A stretch of 64,000 nt of DNA from a virus. Its lineage: Duplodnaviria > Heunggongvirae > Uroviricota > Caudoviricetes. Below the pieces are notes generated by a model, which did not search any database, was not told the origin of the DNA, and was given only the letters and a program-made list of their open reading frames with translations. A program made the position numbers and the translations under genes. This document shows positions 37,354 through 47,146 of this stretch, in pieces (positions within the stretch are counted from its first letter, which is position 1; each line of letters starts with the position of its first letter). Location of the stretch: the IMG/VR virus record IMGVR_UViG_3300031998_000007; one strand, 5' to 3'.

Positions 37354-38198
37354 TGGGAAAGCTCGAACCACTCGTCAAGTGGTCCGGGTCGAAGCGGTCG
37401 CAGGCCGCTGCCATCCTGGCCTCGGTAAAGGGCTCGTATAACACATACTACGAGCCTTTCTGTGGTGGCTGCTCGGTGCTCTTCTACATCCTGAATAACT
37501 GCCCGGAAAAGTTCAAGAATTACATGTGCAGCGACCTGAATGCGCCGCTCATCGAACTTTACCGTCTCGTCAAGGAGTTCCCGGATGCCATCAGGCGTAC
37601 CTATCGCCAACTGTGGACCGTGCTTAACGTGGACGGCGACCTTGAACGCAAGAAGGCGTATTTCGCGAATGTTCGTGCCTCGTTCAACGAGAGCCATGAT
37701 CCCAAGCTGCTGTTCTTCATCATGCGGACGACTACCAACGGCATGCCCCGGTACAATGCGAGGGGAGAGTTCAATAACTCGTTCCATGTGACGCGCAACG
37801 GCATGCACCCCGACACGATGGACCGCATCATAGGGGAGTGGTCGGCCAAGCTGAATGAGTTCAACGTGACATTCACTCCGTGTTCGTATCTCGACGTGAA
37901 ACCCGGGCCGGACGACTTCATGTATCTGGATCCGCCGTATGCCCACACCAAGGGGATGTATTACGGTTCAATCGACTGCGATGCGCTGTATTCATATCTC
38001 CGCACCCTGCCTTGTGACTACTGCATGAGTTTCGACGGCGAGGTCGAGGGCGAGGACTACACTGTCCATGTCCCGGAAGACATCTACGGCGAACGCCTGC
38101 TTATAGACAGCGGCGGTTCCTCGTTCCGAAGGATAATCGGTAACGGAAAGATTGTAAACGTCAAGGAAAGCCTGTACTGCCGTTTTTCACACCAGTAA
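37353..38198 (+). CDS. dam: D12-class N6-adenine DNA methyltransferase
   Basis: KWSGSK, YYEPFCGGCSV, SDLN and YLDPPY. Confidence 0.9.
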   Translation: MGKLEPLVKWSGSKRSQAAAILASVKGSYNTYYEPFCGGCSVLFYILNNCPEKFKNYMCSDLNAPLIELYRLVKEFPDAIRRTYRQLWTVLNVDGDLERKKAYFANVRASFNESHDPKLLFFIMRTTTNGMPRYNARGEFNNSFHVTRNGMHPDTMDRIIGEWSAKLNEFNVTFTPCSYLDVKPGPDDFMYLDPPYAHTKGMYYGSIDCDALYSYLRTLPCDYCMSFDGEVEGEDYTVHVPEDIYGERLLIDSGGSSFRRIIGNGKIVNVKESLYCRFSHQ

Positions 38199-38217
38199 CG
38201 GCAGTTTTCCAAGTCCC

Positions 38218-38247
38218 ACGGCCGCCTTCGGGCGGCCGTCTTGTTTG
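38218..38247 (+). terminator. Intrinsic terminator
   Basis: ACGGCCGCC-TTCG-GGCGGCCGT followed by CTTGTTTG. Confidence 0.7.
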
Positions 38248-38297
38248 TTATCGACCCCCGGCGGATATAAACTAGGGGTGCGTGGTAACGGGTCGTC

Positions 38298-40490
38298 ATG
38301 GCTGATCAGAATACAACAAAGCAAACCGCGTCGCAGGACGTCAAGAATCCGAACCTGGTGGTTCAGGAGCTTAATGTCGCGTTGCCGTATATAGGCGACA
38401 CGATTTATACCAACGTGCTTGCTGCGCTGGCCGACCACGATACCGAAAAGGAATTTAACGACAATTTCAAGAAGCAGCATGAGCGCAATGTCCAAGCTGT
38501 CCGCGAGGAACAGAAGGGCGAGCCGGAACCGGTATATCGCCGCGAGCCTGCATCCGAGTTCGGGATGGCGATGCTGCTGTCAACGATGATGCAGCCGATG
38601 GCGCAGAACTCGTTCATGGCGAAGCTGCTTGAACCTGCCCCTACCCTACCAATCGATCCGCCCCAGCAATCGACAAATGCCATTCAGCAGGCGTCTTTCG
38701 GTCCGCAGATAGGCGAGACATCGACCCAGCATAAGTCCGTGGTGGAATCCGTTCCGCCGGTCCCGACCATGTTTATCGGGGACTCCCAGCAACAGCATAT
38801 CCATAGCGCCACCGCGTCAATCGAGGACCCGAGGGAATACTATGACCGTATGCTGGCCGGGACCAACCGCCGGCGCACCGAGGAGATGCGGATTGCCAAC
38901 AGGCTTGCTGCCATGCTGGGTCTGGACGCATCGACCAGGCAGAAACCGGCATCGGAACGCACTGAGCAGCCGGTCGCCAGGGTGAAGTCGGTTGCCGACC
39001 AGACCTTGGAAACTGAACTGCGCAACGAACAGTTCCGTGGAATTGAATTTGAAAACAGGGTCCGTCGCCCGAAGGACGAACTTCTCTACAAGTTCCTCAA
39101 AGACTGGGACGACGGCAAGCTGGACCTTGGAAAGAAGACTGGCGAGGAGGCCGAACAGCCCAAGAACGGTGGTTTCGGATGGGGCAGTGCCCTTCTCCTC
39201 GGTGGCGGTCTCGCATTGCTTAACCATGCCCTTCTTGGCAAGTTCGGGGATGCGGTCAGTGTCCTCGAAGGCAAGGGGTTGAAGGCTGGCGGTAACGCCC
39301 TCCAGATGCTCAACCCGGAATATGCCAAGAACGCCAAGCAGGCCACCGCAGAACGCGCCCGCATCAGGGCAACAAACGCGCAGGCCAAGGTGGACAACTA
39401 CAAGGGCAGCAACCTCAAGAAGTCCAATGCCCTAGTGGACAAGGCCCGCAAGGCCTCCGGCATTGCCGACGAGGCGGAGAAGGCTGCTGCCGATGCAGCA
39501 AAACGCGCTGCGTCCCAGTCCGGGCGCATAGCGAAGCTGACTACCGGGCCTCTCGCGAAGACTGGTGCCGCTGTGGCGAAGGTCGGGAAGGTTCTCGGTC
39601 CGCTCGGGGTCGCTGTCGGTGCCGGTGCATCCGGTCTGGAAGCGCTCAACCGTTACCAGAGCGGTGACACGCGCGGTGCCAAGAATACGCTCATCGGTGG
39701 CGGTGTCGATGCCGCTCTCGGTGCGACGAGCCTGGCCGCGGGTCCCGTTGGCTGGGGTGCGCTTGCCGGGCAGCTGGCGTTTGGTGGAACAACCTTCATC
39801 GGCAAGAAGATGGGCTTCATCGACGAGGGTTCCCCGGACTCTATCGGCGAGGCGATTTCAGGCTATCTCGACTATCGCGACGGCCTTGCCGACCAGAAGG
39901 AAAACACGGCGAAGATGCTCGACAGTTCCATCCATCGCCGTCTCCAGAGCCAGGCAAAGCAGATTGCCAAGCAGCGCCCGGACATCGGCGACTCGAACAT
40001 TGTTCTCGACAAGTTCCTCAGCACTGATCGTGCCAAGGATGCCATCGGTCGCATCAAGGAAGCCTCCGACAACTATGCTGACGCCAATAGCCTTGGCGGA
40101 CAGCTCAAATTCTGGGGAGACTCTTCCGAGGAGGCCTACAAGAAGCTCGAAGATGCGCAGGACGATGTCCTCAAGCTCATGGCCGAGTTCGCGTCCACCT
40201 ACGACCCGAACAAGATGCACGACTGGGTATTCGAGACCCAGGCCCGCATCCAGGCGGAACAGGAGACCGCGCAGATTGAGGCTGCCGCTACGGCTGGCAA
40301 GGTGGAGGGTTCCGAGGACATTATCGAGAAGGACCACGAGTATAATGCTCCGTTCGACGCGTCTCTCATGCAGCAGTCCGTGTTTGGCGGCATGACGGCA
40401 TCCTTGATGGATCCGCGTTACCACGAAATGATGCGCCAGGACATGAGCGTAATCGGAAGACAGTTGAACACTCAAATGACGGGAATGTAA
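38298..40490 (+). CDS. Tape-measure/baseplate hub protein (gp29-like)
   Basis: Helical Ala/Gly-rich protein with hydrophobic GxxxG segments (GPLGVAVGAG, GPVGWGALAG). First gene of the baseplate operon, with TATAAACTA at 38266-38274. Confidence 0.6.
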   Translation: MADQNTTKQTASQDVKNPNLVVQELNVALPYIGDTIYTNVLAALADHDTEKEFNDNFKKQHERNVQAVREEQKGEPEPVYRREPASEFGMAMLLSTMMQPMAQNSFMAKLLEPAPTLPIDPPQQSTNAIQQASFGPQIGETSTQHKSVVESVPPVPTMFIGDSQQQHIHSATASIEDPREYYDRMLAGTNRRRTEEMRIANRLAAMLGLDASTRQKPASERTEQPVARVKSVADQTLETELRNEQFRGIEFENRVRRPKDELLYKFLKDWDDGKLDLGKKTGEEAEQPKNGGFGWGSALLLGGGLALLNHALLGKFGDAVSVLEGKGLKAGGNALQMLNPEYAKNAKQATAERARIRATNAQAKVDNYKGSNLKKSNALVDKARKASGIADEAEKAAADAAKRAASQSGRIAKLTTGPLAKTGAAVAKVGKVLGPLGVAVGAGASGLEALNRYQSGDTRGAKNTLIGGGVDAALGATSLAAGPVGWGALAGQLAFGGTTFIGKKMGFIDEGSPDSIGEAISGYLDYRDGLADQKENTAKMLDSSIHRRLQSQAKQIAKQRPDIGDSNIVLDKFLSTDRAKDAIGRIKEASDNYADANSLGGQLKFWGDSSEEAYKKLEDAQDDVLKLMAEFASTYDPNKMHDWVFETQARIQAEQETAQIEAAATAGKVEGSEDIIEKDHEYNAPFDASLMQQSVFGGMTASLMDPRYHEMMRQDMSVIGRQLNTQMTGM

Positions 40491-40491
40491 T

Positions 40492-41631
40492 ATGCGCGTA
40501 AGTGATTTGTATGATGGAGGCATGCGTTACCAGGCCAGGGACAACGTCAAGAACGCTGCCTATGACAGGGCTAATGGGTCTCTTTCCGGCGACGAATACA
40601 CCGGCGAACGCAACGCGCTTTCCGACAAGACGCCCAAGCCCAACGTGGTGCGTATCGAGGTGCTCCCGTCCAGCGTCCGCAGGGAATATCTGGGGTCGTT
40701 TTACAGTATCTTTGACCGTGTCCGCGCTGCCGTGACGAACGCCAATGCAGGCGCTGACGCGTATCTCCCGTTCTACGGCATCATGACCGAAGGCGCCAAC
40801 CCGTCGTTCGGCGTTACCGCTGAATGGGGAAACCGCAGCGAAGGCGGTTTTGCCGGTGCTGTCCAGCTGTTGAGGGAAATCGCTTCCCCGGTTACCGCCC
40901 TTGCCGACAAGACCGGTATCGGGCGCACGCTGAACCAGGTCGGGACGACTGCGTTGACTAGCGTCGATGCTGCCCGCAGGACTGCGCTACATGTTGCGGA
41001 GCAGGCCGGCATCATGAGTAACGGGGTGGGTACGTCCACCTTGAAGAGTTTCAAGAAAGGCAACATCAACCTGAGCTACGACATCAAGGTGCAGTGGTAT
41101 CTCCCCGAGCAGGAAATCCCGTGCATGGTCGGTGTCGAGCGCCTTGTCAGGATGACCTATCTCCGCGCGACCGAGAAGGGCATTGCGGAAAACATCCGCC
41201 AGCTGATGACCGATGTCGCTACGACCGGGCAGAACGAACTCGCGAGCGCGGGCTACGACCTTGCCGCGTCGGCCACAGGCGCCGTTGCTGGCGCATCGGG
41301 TAGCGACTTCGCGAAGTCCGCCGCGGACACGATTGACAAGTTTACCGGGAACCTGTGGGGCACCCATTACACGATTGCCCCGTTGCCGGTCCGTCTCAGC
41401 ATTGGCCACACCCTCGACCTCCAGCCGATGGTGATTACCAACGTGAATTTCGAGACGTCGTCCGAACAGTTCATTTCCGAAATCTGCGGTGCACACCTCC
41501 CGCTGTGGGTCAAGGCGAGCATCAAGCTCGAACCGTGGCTCATCCCGAGCCCTGGTCAGCAGTATATGTCGTTCCTCGGCCATGAGATGTTCGGCAAGTA
41601 TGCAGGAAAGGATAAAGGAGGGAAGAAGTAA
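40492..41631 (+). CDS. Baseplate tail-tube cap (gp48-like)
   Basis: Position in the operon. C-terminal PLPVRL.IG...PMVITNVNF...P..VKASIKL pattern. Confidence 0.45.
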   Translation: MRVSDLYDGGMRYQARDNVKNAAYDRANGSLSGDEYTGERNALSDKTPKPNVVRIEVLPSSVRREYLGSFYSIFDRVRAAVTNANAGADAYLPFYGIMTEGANPSFGVTAEWGNRSEGGFAGAVQLLREIASPVTALADKTGIGRTLNQVGTTALTSVDAARRTALHVAEQAGIMSNGVGTSTLKSFKKGNINLSYDIKVQWYLPEQEIPCMVGVERLVRMTYLRATEKGIAENIRQLMTDVATTGQNELASAGYDLAASATGAVAGASGSDFAKSAADTIDKFTGNLWGTHYTIAPLPVRLSIGHTLDLQPMVITNVNFETSSEQFISEICGAHLPLWVKASIKLEPWLIPSPGQQYMSFLGHEMFGKYAGKDKGGKK

Positions 41632-42059
41632 TGGCACGCGAGTTCCCCCGTCTCTGGGACACCAACTTCAAGCTCTCCGGCACGGCCAGGATTGACGACG
41701 GCCTTGCCGGGCGCATGGACCTTGTCGCCAATGCGATAATGGGCGACCCGGGCATGTATATGCTGCTTGCGGCCGCGAACAACATCCGCAACGTCCTCAC
41801 GCTGCGCCCGACCATCCGTCCTGCCGATGAGGCGATACGGACGGAACTGGAAATGCGCGGGGTTTCCGATAGCCAGCTCGACAAGGCGGTCAGCGCGGCA
41901 ATGAGCGACCTCGCCGTCGGCAAGGGCGACTGGCTGAGTTATGAATCCGTCGGCACGTCCGGCACTATTACCGACGTGGAGACAAATACGGTCCTCGGCA
42001 TCCCCGACATGGAAAGCGCCGCGGACTTCGTTACCAAGTATAGCGGTGAAGGTGTATAA
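41631..42059 (+). CDS. Baseplate wedge protein (gp53/LysM-like)
   Basis: GRMDLVANAIMGDPGMYMLLAAANNI is the typical R.DL.A...YG......I...N.I motif. Confidence 0.6.
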   Translation: MAREFPRLWDTNFKLSGTARIDDGLAGRMDLVANAIMGDPGMYMLLAAANNIRNVLTLRPTIRPADEAIRTELEMRGVSDSQLDKAVSAAMSDLAVGKGDWLSYESVGTSGTITDVETNTVLGIPDMESAADFVTKYSGEGV

Positions 42060-43402
42060 TGGACGCATTTGGCGGAACCAGCATAGGTATCAGCGTAGTT
42101 GTGGGCAACCTGTCGGCAGTTGACGGAGTTGTCAATTTCGCGATGGATTTCCCACTCAACGGATTGCCGCGCGGGGAGTTTACCCTTGCTGTCCCGACTG
42201 CGTTCAACGCGACGCTGAAAAGCGGCATCTACGGTGCGCTTACGTTTACCGACAGCGGACATTCCTATTTCGAGAACAGCTCCATCCCGATCTATATATC
42301 GTCAATCAACCGCATGATTGTCAACGATACCGAGATGCACATTACGTGCCGGTTCGTCGTAGGCGTTCCCGCAATGATGAGCAAGCACACGTTCGCCGTT
42401 CCCGCGGCGACTTCCGTGGATGCGTTCCGCGAGGCGTTCAAGACCATCGGCATCGAGAACTTCGAGGACAGGATTTCCCCGACCGGCGTCACTCCGGTGG
42501 ATTCGATGGTGTGGCGTTTCGTCAACGCGGACAGCGTGGAGATCGGCAACGACATCATCGAGCACTCCTGCATCCCGCAGGAATATGCCGTCTGGGGTTA
42601 TGACGAGCGAACGGGCAAGGTGTTCCTTACCGGATATTCCGCTGCCCGGAAGGCATGCGCCGATTACTGCGTGTATAGCCCGAACGCCAAGCAGGCTACG
42701 GGCGGCAACTGCATCACTGACCCGGCTTCCGGGAAGACGCTGTGGATGTATAGCAACGAGCACAAGGGGAATATCCAGGGCGACCTCCGTTCCGCGATGT
42801 TCCCGGAAATCGTGACATCTTCCGTGACCGGTGGCAAGGCGGAGATTTCTTCGTGCAAGTCCAACTGTTTCGGCGAGCTCGCTTCCCAGGTTGGCGCGAA
42901 GGACACTGACAGCGCCCGTGCCGACTACGACCTCGGCAGCGACGAGAATGGCGACAACAAGGACGTATATGGCGACCTTACCGTGGTTTCCGACTTCCCG
43001 GCAAATACTCACAAGTATTATCCGGTGGCCACCATGCTGCGCGACCGCATATCCGCGGAATACGGCAAGGTGATGGAGATTGAGCTGTATAACGACATCG
43101 GCCCGGTTGTCGGTTCGTGCCTCGGCATATACACGATGATGCCCGACCTCGGTTCCAGCGGCCCGATGACCGACTACACCTATACCGACCGCTACATTGT
43201 CGTTTCCAAGCATGTCGAGCGCAAGACGGTGACCTCCGGCGGTATGCTCGGTTCGGCAAACCCGGACGAGACGCCTACTTTGGTTACGCGGCTCATGCTC
43301 GTTTCCAACGGTTCCGGTGACAAGAGCGTCATCGAGGACCTAAATTCACTGATACAGAGCTTGAAGAAGGCCAAGCTGATCCCGGAAGGGGTGATAGGAT
43401 AG
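42059..43402 (+). CDS. Baseplate hub protein (gp27-like)
   Basis: Beta-rich 447-aa ORF between gp53-like and gp5-like genes. Assignment is mainly from synteny. Confidence 0.4.
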   Translation: MDAFGGTSIGISVVVGNLSAVDGVVNFAMDFPLNGLPRGEFTLAVPTAFNATLKSGIYGALTFTDSGHSYFENSSIPIYISSINRMIVNDTEMHITCRFVVGVPAMMSKHTFAVPAATSVDAFREAFKTIGIENFEDRISPTGVTPVDSMVWRFVNADSVEIGNDIIEHSCIPQEYAVWGYDERTGKVFLTGYSAARKACADYCVYSPNAKQATGGNCITDPASGKTLWMYSNEHKGNIQGDLRSAMFPEIVTSSVTGGKAEISSCKSNCFGELASQVGAKDTDSARADYDLGSDENGDNKDVYGDLTVVSDFPANTHKYYPVATMLRDRISAEYGKVMEIELYNDIGPVVGSCLGIYTMMPDLGSSGPMTDYTYTDRYIVVSKHVERKTVTSGGMLGSANPDETPTLVTRLMLVSNGSGDKSVIEDLNSLIQSLKKAKLIPEGVIG

Positions 43403-43406
43403 ACTG

Positions 43407-44603
43407 ATGCGGAAACTTGAAGAAGACTATTACATCTGTGAAGTTGTCGGCGGGAGCCAGGATGCGATGCACCGTGGCGCCGTCCGCGTCAAGATCTGTG
43501 GCATTACCGATACCTGGGACGACAGCGAGCAGCCGTATGTCTATCCCGCGCTTACGGGCGGTATGCAGCAGGTTCCACAGAAGGGCTACTTTCTCCGCGT
43601 CCGTTTTGACCGCGGGGACATCAACTGTGGCCGTTACTACGGCATGTCGGCGACCCCGAGCATACTTCCCGTTGACTACGTGAACGAATACCCGGATGTG
43701 GCCGTGGCCAACCTTGGCGAGGACAATTATTTTTATACCCACAACCGCAACACGCATGTGTCCGAAATCAGGAACGCGGGCAACGATACGCGGGTGACAT
43801 GGGATGCCGCGGGCATGGTCGAACTGGAGTGCAATACCGCATACGGACAGGCCGGCATGGGCGCCAAGGAAGGAAACGGCGCCAATGTGCAGCAGGTCCT
43901 GACCGAAGCGACGATTGACATTTTTACCTGCATGCCCGTAGGCAACAACCGTGCCAACACCGGCATCGGGCAGGGTTCCGAGTATCTCGGGATTTCCCAC
44001 ATCTCGCAGCTCACCGTCGATACGTTCAACGGGACCGGGACGGTGGAACCTCCGCCGGAGCCGAAGCCGGAGGACGCCCAGTTGAGCAGCGAGGCCGACT
44101 TGCGCACAATCGACGGCGTTGACGGACCGGTCCAGGTCGAGTTCCACGCTACCGAGCGCTACATCAAGCGCACGGACAAGGTATATACGCGCATCATCAT
44201 CTGCCATACGCAGGGTGCCGGTATCGGCAAGGCCATCACGGACTCGATGAAGACCAATTCCTGCGTGCATTTCATCGTCGGCAAGAACGAGGGGCAGATT
44301 TCTCTCGATGAAGCTGATGGATCCGGCACTGACGGGTTCGTCCAGCTGGTCGAAATCGGCAACGACGTCGGCATGTTCAGCAGCTACAAGGTTAGCGGCG
44401 ACAAGGCCAACGAGGGCGCCGTGGTCATTCAGGTTGTGGGCGGTGCGATGGACAATTACACCGATTACCAGAAGAAGATAGTCGCGGACATTGTAAACCA
44501 TGTCCGTAAGAACTCCGGTAACGGGAGTTTGCCTCTCGTGACACCGGATTCGTTTGATGGCATTCCCAGCCCGAGCCTTACGATGGCCCGGCATATCATG
44601 TAG
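43407..44603 (+). CDS. gp5: Baseplate spike (gp5-like OB fold) fused to an Amidase_2-like domain
   Basis: N-terminal VVG..D....GAVRVKI.G...VPQKG...V.F..GD OB fold. C-terminal RIIICHT...HFIVG...VQLV...AVVIQVVG...T..Q. Confidence 0.75.
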   Translation: MRKLEEDYYICEVVGGSQDAMHRGAVRVKICGITDTWDDSEQPYVYPALTGGMQQVPQKGYFLRVRFDRGDINCGRYYGMSATPSILPVDYVNEYPDVAVANLGEDNYFYTHNRNTHVSEIRNAGNDTRVTWDAAGMVELECNTAYGQAGMGAKEGNGANVQQVLTEATIDIFTCMPVGNNRANTGIGQGSEYLGISHISQLTVDTFNGTGTVEPPPEPKPEDAQLSSEADLRTIDGVDGPVQVEFHATERYIKRTDKVYTRIIICHTQGAGIGKAITDSMKTNSCVHFIVGKNEGQISLDEADGSGTDGFVQLVEIGNDVGMFSSYKVSGDKANEGAVVIQVVGGAMDNYTDYQKKIVADIVNHVRKNSGNGSLPLVTPDSFDGIPSPSLTMARHIM

Positions 44604-44610
44604 GTAGAAT

Positions 44611-46629
44611 ATGGCAGGAACTAAGAACGAAGGATGTTTGCCGAAGGAAAACGCGGCCTCCGCGTCAGGCAAGGCGGGCGCTTCCGGGCGTGCCGCTAGG
44701 ACGCGCAGTTCCTCGTCCGGTTCCGGCGTGTCTGCCGGAGTGGGCGCATCCGCTTCCGTCGCCGCTGTCAAGTCCAGCGACGGTTCGTCTGCCGTCTCTA
44801 CCGCGTCGTCAACTTCCGGCAGTACGGAAAGCGCGACCGCGAAGGCCGAGACGAAGAAGACCGGGAAGAACCTTTACGAGTATCTGGATTCGTTTGCGCA
44901 GTCTGTCGAGAACAGCGCTGCCGTGAAATCAATGAACAATGCCACCGACGCGATTAACGCCGTGGACTGTGGCGATGTTGTGTTCAAGTTCATGGAGGAC
45001 AATGTCCCCATGTTCAAGCAGGCGGTGTCGTTCCTCAACAAGGGTGTCAACTTCATGAACGGGCTGAGCACCGGCGTGTCGCTTTCTACCGGCATGGCGG
45101 GTTCCGACTTCGTCCAGAAAATATGTGACATGCTTGCCAAGATTTGGGGAACCGTTGACGGCTATATCGAGGTTGTCGTGAAGGGGGCGTTCGTCATCTT
45201 CAAGCGCATCGACGCGATGCTTGAACGTGTGGAGAATACGCTAATCAATCTTTCGGAAGCGGTCAAGAACTGCATACTGGATGTCCTTCGCGACCTTGCG
45301 GGTTTCTTGAAACGTGCTGCCATCATCGGCATCAGCATCGACTGGAGTTCTCTCATCGAGCTTATGCAGGACTGCCCGTGCGTCGCACGCGTGATTGCCG
45401 CGCTGACCGGTTGCCAGGAAGACGATTTCGGTAACGACATCAGGAACAACCCGGCCGCTATCGTGAAATGTATCGAGGACAAGTTCCCGTTCCTTACCCC
45501 GGTGAACCTGACCAACGCTGTTGACAAGATGTATCGGAACTACTTGAAGAAGTATGTGGACATGGCCTTCGGCTACCTCGAATCGTGGATAGTCTATGTG
45601 TACAACAAGCTCATCAAGCCGCTCCGCTGCCTCATCAAGAAGTATGCCGAGATGCTCCGCTACAAGATTGACGTCACCGGATTTATCAAGTCGCTAGGCA
45701 ACTTCGCATGTTTCCTCATCTATACCGAGGAATACAAGAAGGGTAAGAAGTATTACGGCATGTCCGTAATCGACATGATTAACTCGTTCCGCCAGTGGAT
45801 CAACTGCTTCAAGCATGCCTGCCCGAATTTCAGCGAGAAGGTCAAGAGCCGGAGCAAGGAAATCTACAAGGACCTGCGACTGGACGACAAGTATTGGCGC
45901 AGCGCCTATGCAATCGACATCTACATGATGTGCATTAACGCCGACCTCGAAGGTCTCAGCCCCCGCGATTCTACGCTCCGTGCGATGTACCCGGAAAGCC
46001 CGATTGACCTCATCATGAGCTGGATCAAGAAGTCCAAGAAGGACAGGGAGGTTGCCGACGAGGAGGCCGCGTTCCAGAGCACTGCCGCGCTCGAAGACGA
46101 AATCGAGAAGTATAAGGCCGAGCACAACGGGGAGCTCCCGCCGAACGCCCCGGACCCGGTCTCCACCATCGTTGCGCTTGACGGCAATACCGACACCGAG
46201 AACGAGGTGAACTCCGGCGACGAGCCGATGGACGTGAACGCGGAGAACGCGGTCATCGCCATGATGGAAAACATGCACGCTGCCGGCGAGCCGTTCTATG
46301 TCGAGAAGTTCTATCAGCTTATCCGCCTGATGAACGTGTATGCGACTTCCCCGAAGTTTTTGGAGAAGGCCAACGAGCTGCTGGCGACGATGGAGACGGT
46401 AGATACTTCCTACCGCGACACCGGTGACTACATGCCCATTACCGGTGGCAGGAAAGACCTCGAAATCGACGATACCGAGCAGGTCGCCACTTATACGCTC
46501 GAAGACGATTATGACGCTGCCCGTGTGGCCAGGCTGAGTTCTCCGTCTGCATTTGCCGGATATTCCGAGAAGGCGGGCTCCCGGAGCGCGTTCTATGCCC
46601 GGAGGTATTCAAGTGTCGTCACAGCATAA
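44611..46629 (+). CDS. Hypothetical 672-aa virion-associated protein (Ser-rich N-terminus, Cys-containing helical core)
   Basis: Long ORF inside the baseplate operon. No family recognised. Confidence 0.65.
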   Translation: MAGTKNEGCLPKENAASASGKAGASGRAARTRSSSSGSGVSAGVGASASVAAVKSSDGSSAVSTASSTSGSTESATAKAETKKTGKNLYEYLDSFAQSVENSAAVKSMNNATDAINAVDCGDVVFKFMEDNVPMFKQAVSFLNKGVNFMNGLSTGVSLSTGMAGSDFVQKICDMLAKIWGTVDGYIEVVVKGAFVIFKRIDAMLERVENTLINLSEAVKNCILDVLRDLAGFLKRAAIIGISIDWSSLIELMQDCPCVARVIAALTGCQEDDFGNDIRNNPAAIVKCIEDKFPFLTPVNLTNAVDKMYRNYLKKYVDMAFGYLESWIVYVYNKLIKPLRCLIKKYAEMLRYKIDVTGFIKSLGNFACFLIYTEEYKKGKKYYGMSVIDMINSFRQWINCFKHACPNFSEKVKSRSKEIYKDLRLDDKYWRSAYAIDIYMMCINADLEGLSPRDSTLRAMYPESPIDLIMSWIKKSKKDREVADEEAAFQSTAALEDEIEKYKAEHNGELPPNAPDPVSTIVALDGNTDTENEVNSGDEPMDVNAENAVIAMMENMHAAGEPFYVEKFYQLIRLMNVYATSPKFLEKANELLATMETVDTSYRDTGDYMPITGGRKDLEIDDTEQVATYTLEDDYDAARVARLSSPSAFAGYSEKAGSRSAFYARRYSSVVTA

Positions 46630-47146
46630 TTACTACACCGACTGCAAGAAGGGCGAATACAAGCTGCGCAACCCACAGAAGTATATGCCCGACATCGCCC
46701 CTCCCGTGTTCAAGTCTTCGTGGGAGGAGAAGTTCTTCATACTCTGCGACGTGAACCCGTTCGTGACCCTGTGGGGCTATGAGCCGTTCGGGATTTCCTA
46801 CTATTCCCCTCTGTATATGAGGCAGTCGATTTACAAGCCGGACATCTATCTGGAGTGCAAGTATCAGGACGGTTTCGTTGACCGGTATCTGATAGAGATT
46901 AAGCCGGACAGCTATGCGACCATAGCGAAGCCGCCAACTCCCCCGAAGGGCGGACTTACCGATCCTAAGAAGATGGCCCGGTTCCAAAAGAAAATGGCCG
47001 CGTTCGACCGTAAGAACATGGATGTTCTGGTGAACCAGGCCAAATGGGAAGCCGCCATGCTGTGGTGCAAGGCACAGAATGTCAACTGGCTCGTTGCGAC
47101 CGAGGCCAACATGGGCGACCTCTTCAAGCAATCTACGATTATTTAG
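46613..47146 (+). CDS. gp4: Head completion nuclease (T4 gp4/TnsA-like)
   Basis: KGEYK..NPQKY, FKSSWE, Y.PD, LIEIKP and VNQAKWEAA..WC. GTG start after GGAGGT. Confidence 0.88.
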   Translation: MSSQHNYYTDCKKGEYKLRNPQKYMPDIAPPVFKSSWEEKFFILCDVNPFVTLWGYEPFGISYYSPLYMRQSIYKPDIYLECKYQDGFVDRYLIEIKPDSYATIAKPPTPPKGGLTDPKKMARFQKKMAAFDRKNMDVLVNQAKWEAAMLWCKAQNVNWLVATEANMGDLFKQSTII

